In this document: positions 62,629 to 64,000 of the stretch, piece by piece
How positions within the stretch are numbered: the stretch's first letter is position 1
Layout: each line of letters starts with the position of its first letter
DNA from: Octopus sinensis
Lineage: Eukaryota
Length of the DNA stretch: 64,000 nt
Direction: 5' to 3'
NCBI RefSeq assembly: GCF_006345805.1
Contig: NC_043010.1
Location: 65,472,001-65,536,000, forward strand
Translations under genes and position numbers: made by a program
Notes under the pieces: model-generated
What the model saw: the letters and a program-made list of their open reading frames with translations, nothing else
Databases searched by the model: none
What the model was told of the DNA's origin: nothing

Positions 62629-64000
62629 AGCCTTGCACCAGAAAAGTTCAAAGATTACTTTTCGAATTTATTTCTTTTGTTCATGATAACTAAAGCAGAC
62701 TTTAGAGGTGGATCTCTGCCGTTTGATAAGGATTCACTCGACCAATCAACCAACTCCTGAATTAATGTGTAAGGGGTCGACTATTCCACCCACACGTACA
62801 TCCTTAATATAATTCTTGATGTGACACAATGACATGGTTGTACTTTTTGAATTGCTGGTGCAGCCCACCCAGCAGGCTTCTGTACAGTTTTCCATTCACC
62901 CAGTTTCATTTACAGGGTAATGGATTGATTAAAGGCTATAAAAAGATGACATTTGCCCAAGATTCCATAGAATGGGATCGAACCTAAGACCATGCAATTA
63001 TGAAGTAATCTTCCTAGCCATTCAGTTACACCCTGCCTACAAAACAGGAAATAATACAACTAATAATAAGGTCATATTGTTTCGTCAAATATCACCATCA
63101 TCTAACGTCTGTCTTCCATGTTGCCTGGGTCACATGGTTTGACAAGGATCCAATGTGTCCAAGGGCTGCATCATGCTCCAATGACTGCTTTGGAATGGTT
63201 TCTACAGCCGGATGCCCTTCCTAATGCCAACCACTTTACAGTGTGTACTGAGTGCTTTTGTCATGACACCTGCACTACTAAGTTCACTATGCAGCTCACA
63301 GAACTACAAACCCTGGGGTAGGTGTTGTGGGTGGTGGGGTAGCCCCATATAAAGTCTGAAAGCAAAGTATCAGAGACAGATTCAAAATGCACCAGACCCT
63401 GGATTGCTATGGTTTAAGAGGCCCAGCCACTGGTATTATTCTCCATGAGAAATTGCCTTGATTTATGTCCCCTTTCATAAGACCTGCTGGCCAAGTATCT
63501 GTAGTCAGTATGTGTTTAGCCTGGGCAAGATATCTCACTCAACCTTGTTTCTGTTCAATCCACACCCTGGATGGACACACTTTTTATTTACCCTGAAAGA
63601 ATGAAAGGCAAAGTTGATCTTAGCAAGATTTGAACCCAGAGCATAGAGAATCAAAACCACCACAAGTCAGTCTATCCAACACACTACCCATTTGCCACCT
63701 TGGTGTTCTCCTTCCTACTGTGACTTCAAATGGCTTTGAGCTTTTTAATCCTCTGAGCTCATTAAAATAAATACCAGGTTGATTTAATTAACCCTTTAGT
63801 CTTCAGATTATTCTGTCAAATACTTAATTGTTTTGCATTAACCAAGCATTATCTTGTTGCTTTGAGATTTTGATGATGTGATTGTTTATTTTTAGAATGA
63901 CATTACAGAGTAGACAGGAGAGACCAGACCTGGCCAAATTGGCTGTAAAATATGTAAAATAATTTGGCTGGTTAAGACCAGTTTAAATGCTACTAATTTG

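Overview
Eukaryotic, AT-rich, very microsatellite- and SINE-dense genomic DNA, most likely a coleoid cephalopod (Octopus-like). This is inferred from the repeat landscape and a KRAB-less multi-finger C2H2 gene, not from a database match. There is one 100-N scaffold gap (24049-24148). Two protein-coding genes are well supported. One is a single-coding-exon UDP-glycosyltransferase (37788-39389, minus) with unusual substitutions in its UDP-sugar-binding signature. The other is a single-coding-exon 21-finger C2H2 zinc-finger gene (54972-56924, plus). Nearly all other ORFs in the track are microsatellite artefacts. The rest is mobile DNA: at least five tRNA-like or RTE-tailed SINE families, a 5'-truncated Penelope-like element (GIY-YIG) with inverted pseudo-LTRs, and CR1-, RTE- and R4/Dong-like LINE ends. 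Mariner, hAT, piggyBac-like and pogo-like remnants or MITEs are also present. Four patterns stand out. (1) About ten minimal type-I hammerhead ribozyme motifs (several of them degenerate) from several families, mostly inside fold-back inverted repeats; one lies about 70 nt upstream of the zinc-finger exon's splice acceptor. (2) Three TSD-flanked SINE concatemers (head + 2-3 x 184 bp) share one junction yet carry array-specific variants. (3) A rearrangement hotspot at 25.9-34.8 kb combines inverted duplications, a 1.7-kb tandem triplication, a SINE-derived 17-bp minisatellite and a circularly permuted ~430-bp repeat. (4) CpG decay steps up around 53 kb, suggesting gene-body methylation.
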